Source of the DNA: an uncultured bacterium
GTDB lineage: Bacteria > Acidobacteriota > Thermoanaerobaculia > Multivoradales > JAHZIX01
Assembly (NCBI GenBank): GCA_965368975.1
Contig: CBDUPA010000003.1
Location: 1 to 64,000 of the forward strand
Length of the DNA: 64,000 nt
Reading direction: 5' to 3'
The position numbers were made by a program, and so were the translations under genes. Below are positions 18,422 through 27,541 of this stretch, one piece after another (positions within the stretch are counted from its first letter, which is position 1; every line of letters starts with the position of its first letter). The notes under the pieces were generated by a model. It was not told the origin of the DNA. It saw only the letters and a list, made by a program, of their open reading frames with translations, and ran no database searches.

Positions 18422-19185
18422 AGATCCTGGCCATTTACAACATCAAGGGTGGGGTCGGCAAGACGGCGACGTCGGTCAACCTCGCCTGGTTGGCAGCCCG
18501 CGAGGGCTGGAGGACGCTGCTCTGGGATCTCGACTCGCAGGCCGCGGCAACCTACTACTTGCGTGTCGAGCCGAAGGTCAAAGGCGGGGGCAAGAAGCTG
18601 ATCCAGGGCCGATCCGACCTGGAAGCGAGCATCCGCGGCAGCGACTACGAAGGGCTGGATCTGCTGCCCGCCGACCTCTCCTACCGCAAGTTCGACCTGG
18701 CGCTGGACGACACCAAGAAGCCCGAGCGGCAACTGCGACGGCGGCTCAAGCCCTTGGCCGACGACTACGACATCGTGATCCTGGACGCCCCGCCCGGCCT
18801 GACGCTGCTCGCCGAAGCTGTCTTCGAGGCTGCCGATGCTCTCTTGGTGCCGACCATCCCGACCCATCTCTCGCAGCGTACACTGTTGCAGCTGCAGGAG
18901 TTCGTTCACCACAAGGGCCCCAAGAAGCTGCCGATCTGGCCCTTCTTCTGCATGGTGGATCGGCGCAAGAAGCTGCACCGGGAGCCCGAGAGGCTGTTCG
19001 ATGCCCTGTCCTTGCCCTTCCTGCGCAGCGAGGTACCCTACGCCAGCGCGGTCGAGCAGATGGGCATCCACCGGCAGCCGGTCTTTGTCTTCGACGCCGC
19101 CAGCCCGGCCGCGGAGGCCTACCGCAACGTGTGGGCCGAAGTCTGGGTGCGCCTGTCGGGGAAGCGGGAGTCATCGGACAGCTAG
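18418..19185 (+). CDS. ParA/MinD-family ATPase (orphan, no ParB)
   Basis: Deviant Walker A KGGVGKT, DLDSQ, ILDAPP; GTGA overlap with the CHAD gene. Confidence 0.9.
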   Translation: MKILAIYNIKGGVGKTATSVNLAWLAAREGWRTLLWDLDSQAAATYYLRVEPKVKGGGKKLIQGRSDLEASIRGSDYEGLDLLPADLSYRKFDLALDDTKKPERQLRRRLKPLADDYDIVILDAPPGLTLLAEAVFEAADALLVPTIPTHLSQRTLLQLQEFVHHKGPKKLPIWPFFCMVDRRKKLHREPERLFDALSLPFLRSEVPYASAVEQMGIHRQPVFVFDAASPAAEAYRNVWAEVWVRLSGKRESSDS

Positions 19186-19304
19186 AACCTGTCGGCTGGA
19201 TCTGGGCCGCGGGCCTGTGTCTGGACAGCCTCTGGGAGCTCTCCTATACTTCTTGCTAAGAGTTCGCAATAGCTGCCGGGTCGAGTGTTCGAAAGGGGCG
19301 AGAG

Positions 19305-20315
19305 ATGGCAAGAAGGCGTCACCTGTTACGGGCCTTGGACATCCTGACGGAGGAAGTACCGAGAGCGGTGCCACTGGCTTTCGTGGCCGAAGCTGAGGCG
19401 ATGCACGCAGAGTCGCGGCCCTGGGCGCAGGGTGAGAATATCCAGGGCCTGGGCTTGGGACCGAAGATCTCTGCCGGCCAGGAACTCGACGAGATGGTGC
19501 TCAAGGTCTACGTTGATCGCAAGTTGCCGAAGGCCAAGTGCCAGAACATGGTACCGCCGAAGCTGCAGGTGCCGGGGGTCGAGTCCGAGGTGTTGACGGA
19601 CGTCGAGGAGATCGGCGTCGTCGAGTTGGAGATGGACACGACACGCAGTCGTCCGGCGATGCCGGGGACCGGCGTCGGGCACCCGCTGGTCACGGTCGGC
19701 ACCTTCGGTTGTCTGGTGCGCAAGCGCGGCACCGAGGAACCGTTCTTCATCCTCAGCAACTCGCACATCCTGGCCAATTCGGGGGTGGCGCAGGTCGGGG
19801 ACGAGATTCTGCAACCGGCGGTCCGCGACGACGGCGAGGCACCGGACGACGTGATCGGCACCCTCAGCGAGTGGGTCGACTTCGAGTTCACGGACACTGG
19901 CTATCCCAACTTGGTCGATGCTGCCATTGCCCAGGTCGAGCGCGCCAATGTGAGTTCGATCTTCCGCCAGCTCAACCTGGTGCCCGGCGGTACCAGCGAC
20001 ACGGTGCGCAAGGGCATGCAAGTGCGCAAGGTAGGGCGGACGACCGACCTGACCTTTGGCGAGATCAAGGACATCTACTACCGCGTGCCTCTGTCGTATC
20101 GGCGCACCAGCGGCTTGTTGGGTCGGGCCGGTTTTCGTGACCAGGTGCTGTGCACGCGCTACACGGCGGGCGGCGACAGCGGTTCGGCTGTGCTCAACAA
20201 CAACGATCAGCTGGTCGGCCTGCACTTCGCGGGCTCGGCGTCGGCGAGCATCTTCACGCCGATTCGTTTCGTCTTCGACGCCCTCGACCTGGAACTGGTC
20301 ACGCAGGCCTTCTGA
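19305..20315 (+). CDS. Trypsin-like serine protease, Nal1-like, no signal peptide
   Basis: Catalytic triad motifs LSNSHIL, VDAAIA, GGDSGS; KVGRTT and VGLHFAG; extra N-terminal domain. Confidence 0.85.
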   Translation: MARRRHLLRALDILTEEVPRAVPLAFVAEAEAMHAESRPWAQGENIQGLGLGPKISAGQELDEMVLKVYVDRKLPKAKCQNMVPPKLQVPGVESEVLTDVEEIGVVELEMDTTRSRPAMPGTGVGHPLVTVGTFGCLVRKRGTEEPFFILSNSHILANSGVAQVGDEILQPAVRDDGEAPDDVIGTLSEWVDFEFTDTGYPNLVDAAIAQVERANVSSIFRQLNLVPGGTSDTVRKGMQVRKVGRTTDLTFGEIKDIYYRVPLSYRRTSGLLGRAGFRDQVLCTRYTAGGDSGSAVLNNNDQLVGLHFAGSASASIFTPIRFVFDALDLELVTQAF

Positions 20316-20343
20316 GATGGCCTGCTGAAATGGCTTCCTGAGG

Positions 20344-20673
20344 ATGGCGAGTGCCGACCAAGTTCGACGGGCGATGGATCACCTGGGTCCCGAACTAGAG
20401 AGCAAGGCCCATGTGGTCGGCTTGGGAGCGGGTGCGGCGCGGGACGGCCGCAAGGGGCACTACGACCTGGTGGTCTACGTCGACCACAAGCGGCCGCGAT
20501 CGGAACTCTCGCTGGCGGATCTGCTCCCCTCGCAGGTGACAGTGCCCGGTCGCAGAGGCGACATCACCATCGGCGTGCAGGTGATCGAGCAGGGGAAGGT
20601 CGAATTGGAGCCCCAGGCGCTGGACGAACCCCTCGCTGCCGAGCCGGAGATGTTTCGTCCTGAGGAGGGCTAG
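20344..20673 (+). CDS. Stand-alone paralog of the N-terminal domain of the upstream protease
   Basis: VVGLGAG...VVYVDHKRP...VTVPG...VQVIEQGKVELE aligns with IQGLGLG...KVYVDRKLP...LQVPG...TDVEEIGVVELE. Confidence 0.75.
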   Translation: MASADQVRRAMDHLGPELESKAHVVGLGAGAARDGRKGHYDLVVYVDHKRPRSELSLADLLPSQVTVPGRRGDITIGVQVIEQGKVELEPQALDEPLAAEPEMFRPEEG

Positions 20674-20680
20674 TTCGTCT

Positions 20681-21652
20681 TCACAGCTCGAAAGAGCGCT
20701 GAGAGCGGAGCACGGCCTGTCCGGTGACGGCATGCGTGGTAGAGCCTGCAGTGCCGATCCTGTCGCCTGGTAGATCGCCACCGGGCAGCTCAGCCGCACC
20801 GTCCGGGAGGAAGGTCACCAGGACGCCGAGGACATCCGGAATCTCGATGCCTTCGGGAAGCTGATCGCCGTCGACTTCGATGAAACTCGGGTTGGAAACC
20901 TGGAAGCTGGTGCTCGGCACTTCGCCGCGGTCTGTGACGAACCAGATCTGGTAGCGACTGCTCTCGGAGGTCGGCTGCAGGCCGGATAGGCCGACGTACC
21001 ACTTGTGCGTCTTGCCGCAGATATAGAGCGCGCCATGGGCGCCTGGGGCCGTCTGCCCGGGGGCGGAGGGCTCAGAGTTGGCAGGGTCTGGGTGACGTGG
21101 GGCTTGTAGCTGGTACAGGCGAGCCGCGGTTTGCGTCATCACGTATTTCTGTTCTTGCGCGAGACGCAGCTGGTTGCTGGCTTGGTGTTGCTCGTCGAGT
21201 TCGTGCCGCAACTGCGTCAGCGTGACCTGTTGATCAGCCAGGCGAGCATTGAGTTGTAGCGCGAACCAGCCGAGGCCCACGACCGCCAGGGCGAGAGCGG
21301 CAGCCAGGGCTTGAGGCCAGCCGAAGCTGCGGGATGAAGCGGAGCGTTCTGTGGCGGCTGCGAGGGGCCGCTGGAAGGGCAGCAGAGGAGCTGGCATCGG
21401 TTCGGGTGCGGGCTGGGTAGACTCTCCCTGGCTCGCCTGCGGATCGAGTGCTGCCAACAGGCGCGTGCGGAGGTGCTCGGGTGGAGCTTCGAGTTCCAAA
21501 GCCAGAGGCAGCTCTGCCAGCACCTCGCGATACTCGCGCAGCAACTCCGGATCGACGCTCCCTTCGGAGGCGACAGACGGATCCAGACGTGTGTCGAGCG
21601 CCGCCAGAATAGCTTGCTCTTCGAGCGCACTGATCGCTTCTTCGTGACTCAT
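20681..21652 (-). CDS. Anti-sigma factor, RskA-like
   Basis: APPEHLRTRLL cytoplasmic motif, one TM, coiled coil, extracytoplasmic domain with YQIW; ATGA coupling to the sigma gene. Confidence 0.8.
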   Translation of the reverse strand: MSHEEAISALEEQAILAALDTRLDPSVASEGSVDPELLREYREVLAELPLALELEAPPEHLRTRLLAALDPQASQGESTQPAPEPMPAPLLPFQRPLAAATERSASSRSFGWPQALAAALALAVVGLGWFALQLNARLADQQVTLTQLRHELDEQHQASNQLRLAQEQKYVMTQTAARLYQLQAPRHPDPANSEPSAPGQTAPGAHGALYICGKTHKWYVGLSGLQPTSESSRYQIWFVTDRGEVPSTSFQVSNPSFIEVDGDQLPEGIEIPDVLGVLVTFLPDGAAELPGGDLPGDRIGTAGSTTHAVTGQAVLRSQRSFEL

Positions 21653-22245
21653 AGCAGTTCCCGTACTTCCTGGTGCAGCGCCGCACGCAGCTTCTTCATG
21701 GCCAACAGGGTCCGTGTCTTGACGGTGCCGAGCGGGGTGCCGGTCTGGGCGGCAATTTCGCTCTGACTCAGGCCGCGGTAGAAGGCCAGCTCGAGGACAT
21801 GGCGTTGCTCGGCGGGCAACTCGGCCAAATGCTCTTGCAGGCGTTCCTGCCGCTCCACTTGCAATACGTTGCTGGTGGCTTTGGCGGATGTATGGGTGCG
21901 GGTCGTCTCTTGTTCGAAGGCGGCGGCAGTGCGCTCCTTCGATTGACGGCTGCGCAAGCGGTCGATGGCGCGGCTGCGTGTCAACATGACCAGCCAGGTG
22001 GCGACCGACGACCGGCTGTGCTCGTAGCGGTGGGCCTGATTCCACACCTGCAAGAAGACCTCCTGCAGGATCTCTTCGGCGTCGGCCGCGTTGCTCAAGA
22101 CGCGGCGGGCCAAGGCGAGCAACAGCGTCGAGTGCCGGTCGTAGAGTTCGGCGAGGGCCACGGATTCGCGCTCGACGATCAATTGCATCAGGCGTCGATC
22201 ACGAGCGGCGGCTTCAGGGTTGGCGACACGGGCGATTTTGCTCAT
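21649..22245 (-). CDS. ECF sigma-70 factor (SigK-like)
   Basis: LYDRHS, DAEEILQEVFLQVW, WL...RSRAIDRLR, EIAAQTGTPLGTVKTR. Confidence 0.92.
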   Translation of the reverse strand: MSKIARVANPEAAARDRRLMQLIVERESVALAELYDRHSTLLLALARRVLSNAADAEEILQEVFLQVWNQAHRYEHSRSSVATWLVMLTRSRAIDRLRSRQSKERTAAAFEQETTRTHTSAKATSNVLQVERQERLQEHLAELPAEQRHVLELAFYRGLSQSEIAAQTGTPLGTVKTRTLLAMKKLRAALHQEVRELL

Positions 22246-22335
22246 AAGCGCGTGGTGGAGCCTATCATGTGGCCGCGGTGCTCAGCCTTCTCTGGACGGT
22301 GGAGCCAGGGACGACGGTCAAAGAAGGCCGCTGGC

Positions 22336-22806
22336 TCAGGCTGGCGAGCCGGGGCGGCGCAGCGTGTTGCCATCGAAGGCCAATGGCAGCAGCTCGCGGA
22401 AGCGCAAGGTCTGCCGTACCCCGTCGCCATCGCACAGGTAGACGCTCGCTTCGGGCAGGGCGTGCTCCGAGAGCTTCTGCCGGCAGCCACCGCACGGTGC
22501 GCTGGCGTTGCTGGTGACGACCACGATGTCGGTGATCCGAGGTGTCGCGCCACTACTGATCAGAGCACCGAGAGCGCTCGTCTCGGCGCAATGGCCGAGC
22601 GGGAACGAGGCATTCTCGACGTTGCAGCCAGCATGAATGCTGCCGTCTGTACTGCGCAGGCAAGCACCGACGGCGAAGCTGGAATAGGGCGCGTAGGCAT
22701 GTTGACGTGCTGCCCGAGCGCGTCGAATCATCTCGTCGATGTCCGGCTGGGGCCGGGGCTGGGGCTGGGGCGCAGCGGAGTCGGGATCGGTAGGCTGGGC
22801 GCACAT
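22336..22806 (-). CDS. cdd: Cytidine deaminase
   Basis: AYAPYSSFAVGA, GCNVENAS, HCAE, PCGGCRQKL, LLPLAF; start uncertain. Confidence 0.9.
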   Translation of the reverse strand: MCAQPTDPDSAAPQPQPRPQPDIDEMIRRARAARQHAYAPYSSFAVGACLRSTDGSIHAGCNVENASFPLGHCAETSALGALISSGATPRITDIVVVTSNASAPCGGCRQKLSEHALPEASVYLCDGDGVRQTLRFRELLPLAFDGNTLRRPGSPA

Positions 22807-22831
22807 CGGATCTCGGACTATACTGCCAACC

Positions 22832-23530
22832 ATGCCACACCGCCAAGCAGACCCGCGCTACCAGGTCGAGATCCTGGAGCGACGGGAACAGTACCGTTTC
22901 CACTCGCTGTTCCGGGTCGTCGAGGTGCGACTGCGTCATGGTCTGCGCGACGGTAGCTTGGGAGCACCGCAACTGCGTGTCGATTTCGAGCGCGGTGCCG
23001 CGGCGGCTGTGCTGCTGCACGATCCGCGGCGTGACGAGGTGGTACTGGTGCGCCAGTTTCGCTATCCCGCCTACGCGGCCTTGACTGGCCACAGTGGCCC
23101 ATCGATCCCAGAGTCGACACCGGAGCTCGTGGCTGGCGAGGGAGCCTGGTTGCTCGAGATTCCCGCCGGGATTCTCGAGGCCGGAGACGAAGATATCGAG
23201 GAACTGGCACGCCGCGAGGTCTTGGAGGAAGTTGGCTACCAGCTGCGGGGCGAACTGCGCCGATGGCACGATGTTTTCCCCAGTCCTGGCGCCTGCTCGG
23301 AACGCGTGACGATCTTCTACGCTCAGGTGGAGATGTCCGATCGTATTGCCCCGGGCGGTGGGGTGGCAGGAGAAGGGGAGGACATCGAAGTGGTGGTGCT
23401 GCCGGTCGCACGAGCCCTCGCGCTGCTGCGCCAAGGTGACATCAGTGACGCCAAGACGGTCATCGCGCTGCAGGCCCTGGCTCTCGAGCGCGATTGTTCG
23501 GGTATCGATTCTCCTGGCGGCTCGTTTTGA
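22832..23530 (+). CDS. Nudix hydrolase (ADP-ribose/GDP-mannose pyrophosphatase-like)
   Basis: LVRQFRYP, EIPAG...ARREVLEEVGY Nudix box, SPGACSE, DAKT. Confidence 0.9.
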   Translation: MPHRQADPRYQVEILERREQYRFHSLFRVVEVRLRHGLRDGSLGAPQLRVDFERGAAAAVLLHDPRRDEVVLVRQFRYPAYAALTGHSGPSIPESTPELVAGEGAWLLEIPAGILEAGDEDIEELARREVLEEVGYQLRGELRRWHDVFPSPGACSERVTIFYAQVEMSDRIAPGGGVAGEGEDIEVVVLPVARALALLRQGDISDAKTVIALQALALERDCSGIDSPGGSF

Positions 23531-23703
23531 TACCGGTGATCCGCAAGGATCAGTATGCAGAGATGATAGGCTTCGACGCGGCAGAAACAACGCCTTCCAA
23601 CAGGGCGTTGGAATCTTAGAAATTCAGGGATTGCAATATGCGATTTCCTTTGTTTCGATCCATTTGATTTCTCTTCGATCAGAGTGTGTAAGGAGACCCG
23701 ACC

Positions 23704-24552
23704 ATGCAACGATCCATCGCGCGCGTCGGCATCTATGTCGACGGAGCCAACATCATGCGCAACGGCGGCTTCGGCATGCGCTACGACGTATTGCGGGAGT
23801 TCGCGTGCCGTGACAACGCCGAGCCGATCCGGCTCAATGTATATCTGACTTTCGATGAAGAAAGGGCTCAAGAAGACCCCGGTTATAAGCATGCTCAATT
23901 TGGTTATTTCTCTCGCCTGCGCGATTTCGGTTACAAGGTAATCGTCAAGGCGGTCAAGTGGTACCGGGACGATCAAGGCAACCGTTTCGGCAAGGCCGAT
24001 GCCGATCTCGACCTGGCGGTCGATGCCCTGCTGCAGTCGAGCAATCTGGACCGCGTGCTGCTGGCGACCGGTGACGGAGATTTCGTACAGGTGGTGCGGG
24101 CGCTGCAGAACCGCGGCTGCCGTGTCGAGGTGGTGGCCTTCGAGAACATTTCGCGCGACCTGCGCGAGGAGGTCGACCTCTTCGTCTACGGCTACCTGGT
24201 CCCCAACCTGCTGCCCACCACCGGTGGCCGCCGGTCGCAGCCATCGCCGCCGGCACCGGCCTGGGGCGAGGTCGGATCGAGGGTGCGCGGCTTCTGCTAC
24301 ATGCACAAGGAAGAGGGCTACGGCTTTTTCCGCTTCATGCGGCGGATCTCTTCTGGCTTGTGGATCACAGACACGCGGCAGAGCGGCTCGCCGTACGAAA
24401 CCGTGTTCTTTCACGACTCACAGTTGCCGCACGAGGTGCATCCGTCGCAGCTGCCCAGCCGTCACATCCTGTTCGAGTTCGATCTGGCGACCTCGGAGCG
24501 CGAGGATGGTGGCAAGTTGCAGGCGGAGAATATCGAGCGCGTCGGGGGTTAG
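23704..24552 (+). CDS. NYN (LabA/DUF88) ribonuclease domain protein with C-terminal cold-shock-like OB fold
   Basis: YVDGAN, KADADLDLAVD, TGDGDF; C-terminal EGYGFF / VFFHDS / AENI. Confidence 0.85.
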   Translation: MQRSIARVGIYVDGANIMRNGGFGMRYDVLREFACRDNAEPIRLNVYLTFDEERAQEDPGYKHAQFGYFSRLRDFGYKVIVKAVKWYRDDQGNRFGKADADLDLAVDALLQSSNLDRVLLATGDGDFVQVVRALQNRGCRVEVVAFENISRDLREEVDLFVYGYLVPNLLPTTGGRRSQPSPPAPAWGEVGSRVRGFCYMHKEEGYGFFRFMRRISSGLWITDTRQSGSPYETVFFHDSQLPHEVHPSQLPSRHILFEFDLATSEREDGGKLQAENIERVGG

Positions 24553-24570
24553 TTCGCTACAATTCGGGCC

Positions 24571-26082
24571 ATGAAACGACCCGATGAAACTCGATCCGAC
24601 GCTCCCGATGTACCTGACTCGTCGACGCAAGACCCGGTGAGCCGCGGCAAGGGTGTCGACCGCGACGCGGAACAGCGTCGCGTCGCGGCCTTACGCACTC
24701 ACCGGGCGGCGCTCGTCTTGCTCGTCCTGGCGGCGCTGAGCACCGTTTGGGCACTGTTCCTGTGGAATGAACTCAACGATGCCCGGCGCACGGGTACCGC
24801 TCCGGTGTGTGCCTTCGGAGACACCGCCTGTGGTGCGCTCTGGGACGCTGACTTCGCGACTTGGGTACATGGCGCGACCGGTCTGCCCGTGGCCGGCTGG
24901 GGTGTCGCCTGGGGGCTCGCAGCCTTCTTGACCTCGCTGGCGCTGCTGCTGGCGCGCTTGCGCGCCCGCAGCCAGCCGGAGAGCCGTGAGCCAGAGGCAC
25001 TGCCGCTGCACGCAGTGTGGAACGGCGCCGTGCACGTGGTGGCGGCGATCGGTGCGCTGTCGATTCTGGTGCTCGCCGGGGCCTCCGCGGCCGCCGGACT
25101 GTTCTGCTCCAGCTGTGCTGTCACCTACGTGACTGTGCTGGCCTTCGCCGCCGTCTGTTTCTTCGGCCTGCCGTCGCCGGGAGGAGCCGGGCTGGGGCAG
25201 GGGTTCGGCGTCGCGGCGGTGGCCAGCGTAGGTGCCGCACTCCTGTTGCTGGTGTTGGGGCCGCAGACGCCACCGAAGACCGGCGATTCTCTGGCTGGGG
25301 CCCGGGCTCCGTCGTCGGCGACGGCTGGCACTTCAGCTGCCTCCGGCAGCGGGTCTTCCACCCCGGGCCAACCTCTGACCGCTGAGGAGCAGCTGCGCTC
25401 CTTCCTCGACTCGATGCCACCGCAAGCTCTGCAGAGCATCAGTGACACCTTGGAGGCGTATCGCCAGGCTCCCGCCGTCCAGCTGCCGCCGCCCCGCGAT
25501 CTGGTGGGGGAGGTGGCCGCGCCAGTGCGCGTGACCGTCTTCACCGATACCCTGTGCAGCCACTGCGCGACGCTGCACCAGACGCTCGAGCAGCTGATGA
25601 TGATGGCGCCCAATCGCTTCAATATCGACTCGCGCCAGTATCCCCTCGATCCCGGCTGCAACCCGCATCTGGGTGGGCAGGGGGAACCTCCGGGCGTGCG
25701 CTGCACGTCCGCGCTGGTGCGCATCTGTGCCGAGAGTTCCGAGCACCGGTGGGAGGTCGAGACCCGCCTCTACGCCAACCAGCGGGTGCTCGACTCGAAC
25801 AATCTCTACAGCTTTGTCGTGCCGCCGCTCGAACGCATGCTGCTCGATGCCTGCATCGGTGCCGACAGCACCGCCGCCAGCCTGGCGCAGGACATCGAGA
25901 CCGCCTGGCAGGTGCGTCCGCACGGCACGCCGATCGTGCTGGTGAACAACAGGCAGGCGCTGTTCTATCCGCCGCTGCTGCTGTCGCTGATTCTCGCCGA
26001 GGGAGATACGAACCACGCCGCTTTCGCCCAGCTGCCGTCACCGCAGCCGCTGCCCGACGAGCACGAAGGCCATGAGCACTGA
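24571..26082 (+). CDS. VKOR + thioredoxin/DsbA fusion membrane protein
   Basis: Loop Cys pair (VCAFGDTAC), GLPVAGWG, TM CxxC (FCSSC), then CSHC and GTP cis-Pro motif. Confidence 0.85.
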   Translation: MKRPDETRSDAPDVPDSSTQDPVSRGKGVDRDAEQRRVAALRTHRAALVLLVLAALSTVWALFLWNELNDARRTGTAPVCAFGDTACGALWDADFATWVHGATGLPVAGWGVAWGLAAFLTSLALLLARLRARSQPESREPEALPLHAVWNGAVHVVAAIGALSILVLAGASAAAGLFCSSCAVTYVTVLAFAAVCFFGLPSPGGAGLGQGFGVAAVASVGAALLLLVLGPQTPPKTGDSLAGARAPSSATAGTSAASGSGSSTPGQPLTAEEQLRSFLDSMPPQALQSISDTLEAYRQAPAVQLPPPRDLVGEVAAPVRVTVFTDTLCSHCATLHQTLEQLMMMAPNRFNIDSRQYPLDPGCNPHLGGQGEPPGVRCTSALVRICAESSEHRWEVETRLYANQRVLDSNNLYSFVVPPLERMLLDACIGADSTAASLAQDIETAWQVRPHGTPIVLVNNRQALFYPPLLLSLILAEGDTNHAAFAQLPSPQPLPDEHEGHEH

Positions 26083-27541
26083 CAAAGCCCTTGCCCTGGG
26101 GCAGGTTCCAGCCACCGCACAAACCTTGCAGCGTGTCACGGCAGAGCATGTGAGCGAGTTGCGTCGCCGTCTCGGTGACGACACCGTGCGCACCGATGCT
26201 GCTGCTCTCGATCAGCACGGTCGTGATGCGACCGAGGCCTTCTGCTTTCCGCCGGCCGCGGTGGTGCTGCCGTCGAGTACCGAGCAGGTGGCCGAAGTGC
26301 TGCGCTATGCGAGCGAACAGCGTTTGGCGATCACGCCACGCGGCGCCGGCACCGGTCTGTCGGGTGGTGCGCTGCCGGTGCACGGTGGCCTGGCGCTGGG
26401 CCTCGAGCGCATGAACCGTATCCGCCACATCGACCACCGCAACCTCACCGCCGAGGTTGAGACGGGCGTCATCACGGCCGAGTTCCAGCGTCAGGTCGAG
26501 GCACAAGGTCTGTACTATCCACCGGATCCGGGGAGCCGTGAGACCTGCCAGCTGGGGGGCAACCTGGGAGAGGATGCCGCGGGGCCGCACAGCTGCAAGT
26601 ACGGCACCACACGCCGCTTCGTGCTCGGCCTGGAAGCCGTGCTCGCCGATGGCAGCATCATCCACACCGGTGGTGCCAACCGTAAGGACACCACCGGCTA
26701 CAATCTGACGCAGTTGCTGGTCGGGTCCGAGGGCACGCTGGCGGTGCTGACCGCCGCCACGCTGCGTCTGCTGGCGCTGCCCAAGGCGCGCTTGCTGCTG
26801 GTCGTGCCCTTCGGCGACCTGGCCGAGGCAGCGGCAGCGGTCGAGGCGATTTTCCGCCAGGGCTTCGACCCGGCGACGTGTGAGCTGCTGGAGTCAGGAG
26901 CGCTGAGTTCGGTCGGCGACGTTATGCAACTGCCCGACTCCCTGGTCGGCCAGGAAGCCGTGCTGCTGCTCGAACTGGACGGCGACGACGCGGATGCGCT
27001 GCTGCAGCAGGCCGCGGCGTTGGGGGAGCTGGTCGAGGGCTTCGGCGCCGGCGAGATCCTGGCCGCTGAGGACGCCGCCGACCAGCGTCGACTGTGGCAG
27101 GTGCGCGCCAAAGTGGGCGAGGCGATCGCCGCCCGCTCGGTGTTCAAGGAGGCGGACACCGTCGCGCCGCGCCACAGGCTGGTGGAATTGGTCACCGCCG
27201 CGCGCGACGTCGCGGCCCGCCACGGTTTGACCGCCTACTGCTTCGGGCACGTCGGGGACGGTAATCTGCATGTAACGATGCTGCGCGGCGATCTCGCCGA
27301 TGCCGAGTGGCACGCACGCCGGGACGCAGCCGAGGCGGAACTCTTCGCGGCCGTCGTGGCTTTGGGCGGCAAGATCGCTGGAGAACACGGCATCGGCTGG
27401 ACGCAGCGCCGGTACCTCGGGCTGGCCTTGGAACCAGCACAGATCGCCCTCATGCAACGCTTGAAGCACGCTTTCGATCCGCTGGGCATCCTCAACCCGG
27501 GCAAGATCTTCGCCGACGCCGCCGGAGACGCCACGGCGTGA
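26072..27541 (+). CDS. FAD-linked oxidase, GlcD/D-lactate dehydrogenase family
   Basis: PRGAGTGLSGG, PPDPGS, GSEGTL, GHVGDGNLH, GEHGIG, DPLGILNPGK. Confidence 0.92.
   Translation: MSTDKALALGQVPATAQTLQRVTAEHVSELRRRLGDDTVRTDAAALDQHGRDATEAFCFPPAAVVLPSSTEQVAEVLRYASEQRLAITPRGAGTGLSGGALPVHGGLALGLERMNRIRHIDHRNLTAEVETGVITAEFQRQVEAQGLYYPPDPGSRETCQLGGNLGEDAAGPHSCKYGTTRRFVLGLEAVLADGSIIHTGGANRKDTTGYNLTQLLVGSEGTLAVLTAATLRLLALPKARLLLVVPFGDLAEAAAAVEAIFRQGFDPATCELLESGALSSVGDVMQLPDSLVGQEAVLLLELDGDDADALLQQAAALGELVEGFGAGEILAAEDAADQRRLWQVRAKVGEAIAARSVFKEADTVAPRHRLVELVTAARDVAARHGLTAYCFGHVGDGNLHVTMLRGDLADAEWHARRDAAEAELFAAVVALGGKIAGEHGIGWTQRRYLGLALEPAQIALMQRLKHAFDPLGILNPGKIFADAAGDATA

Noticed and set aside
18418-19185. 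ParA as evidence of a plasmid or ICE
   Set aside because: No ParB, rep, relaxase or integrase; it is coupled to a CHAD gene amid chromosomal genes.
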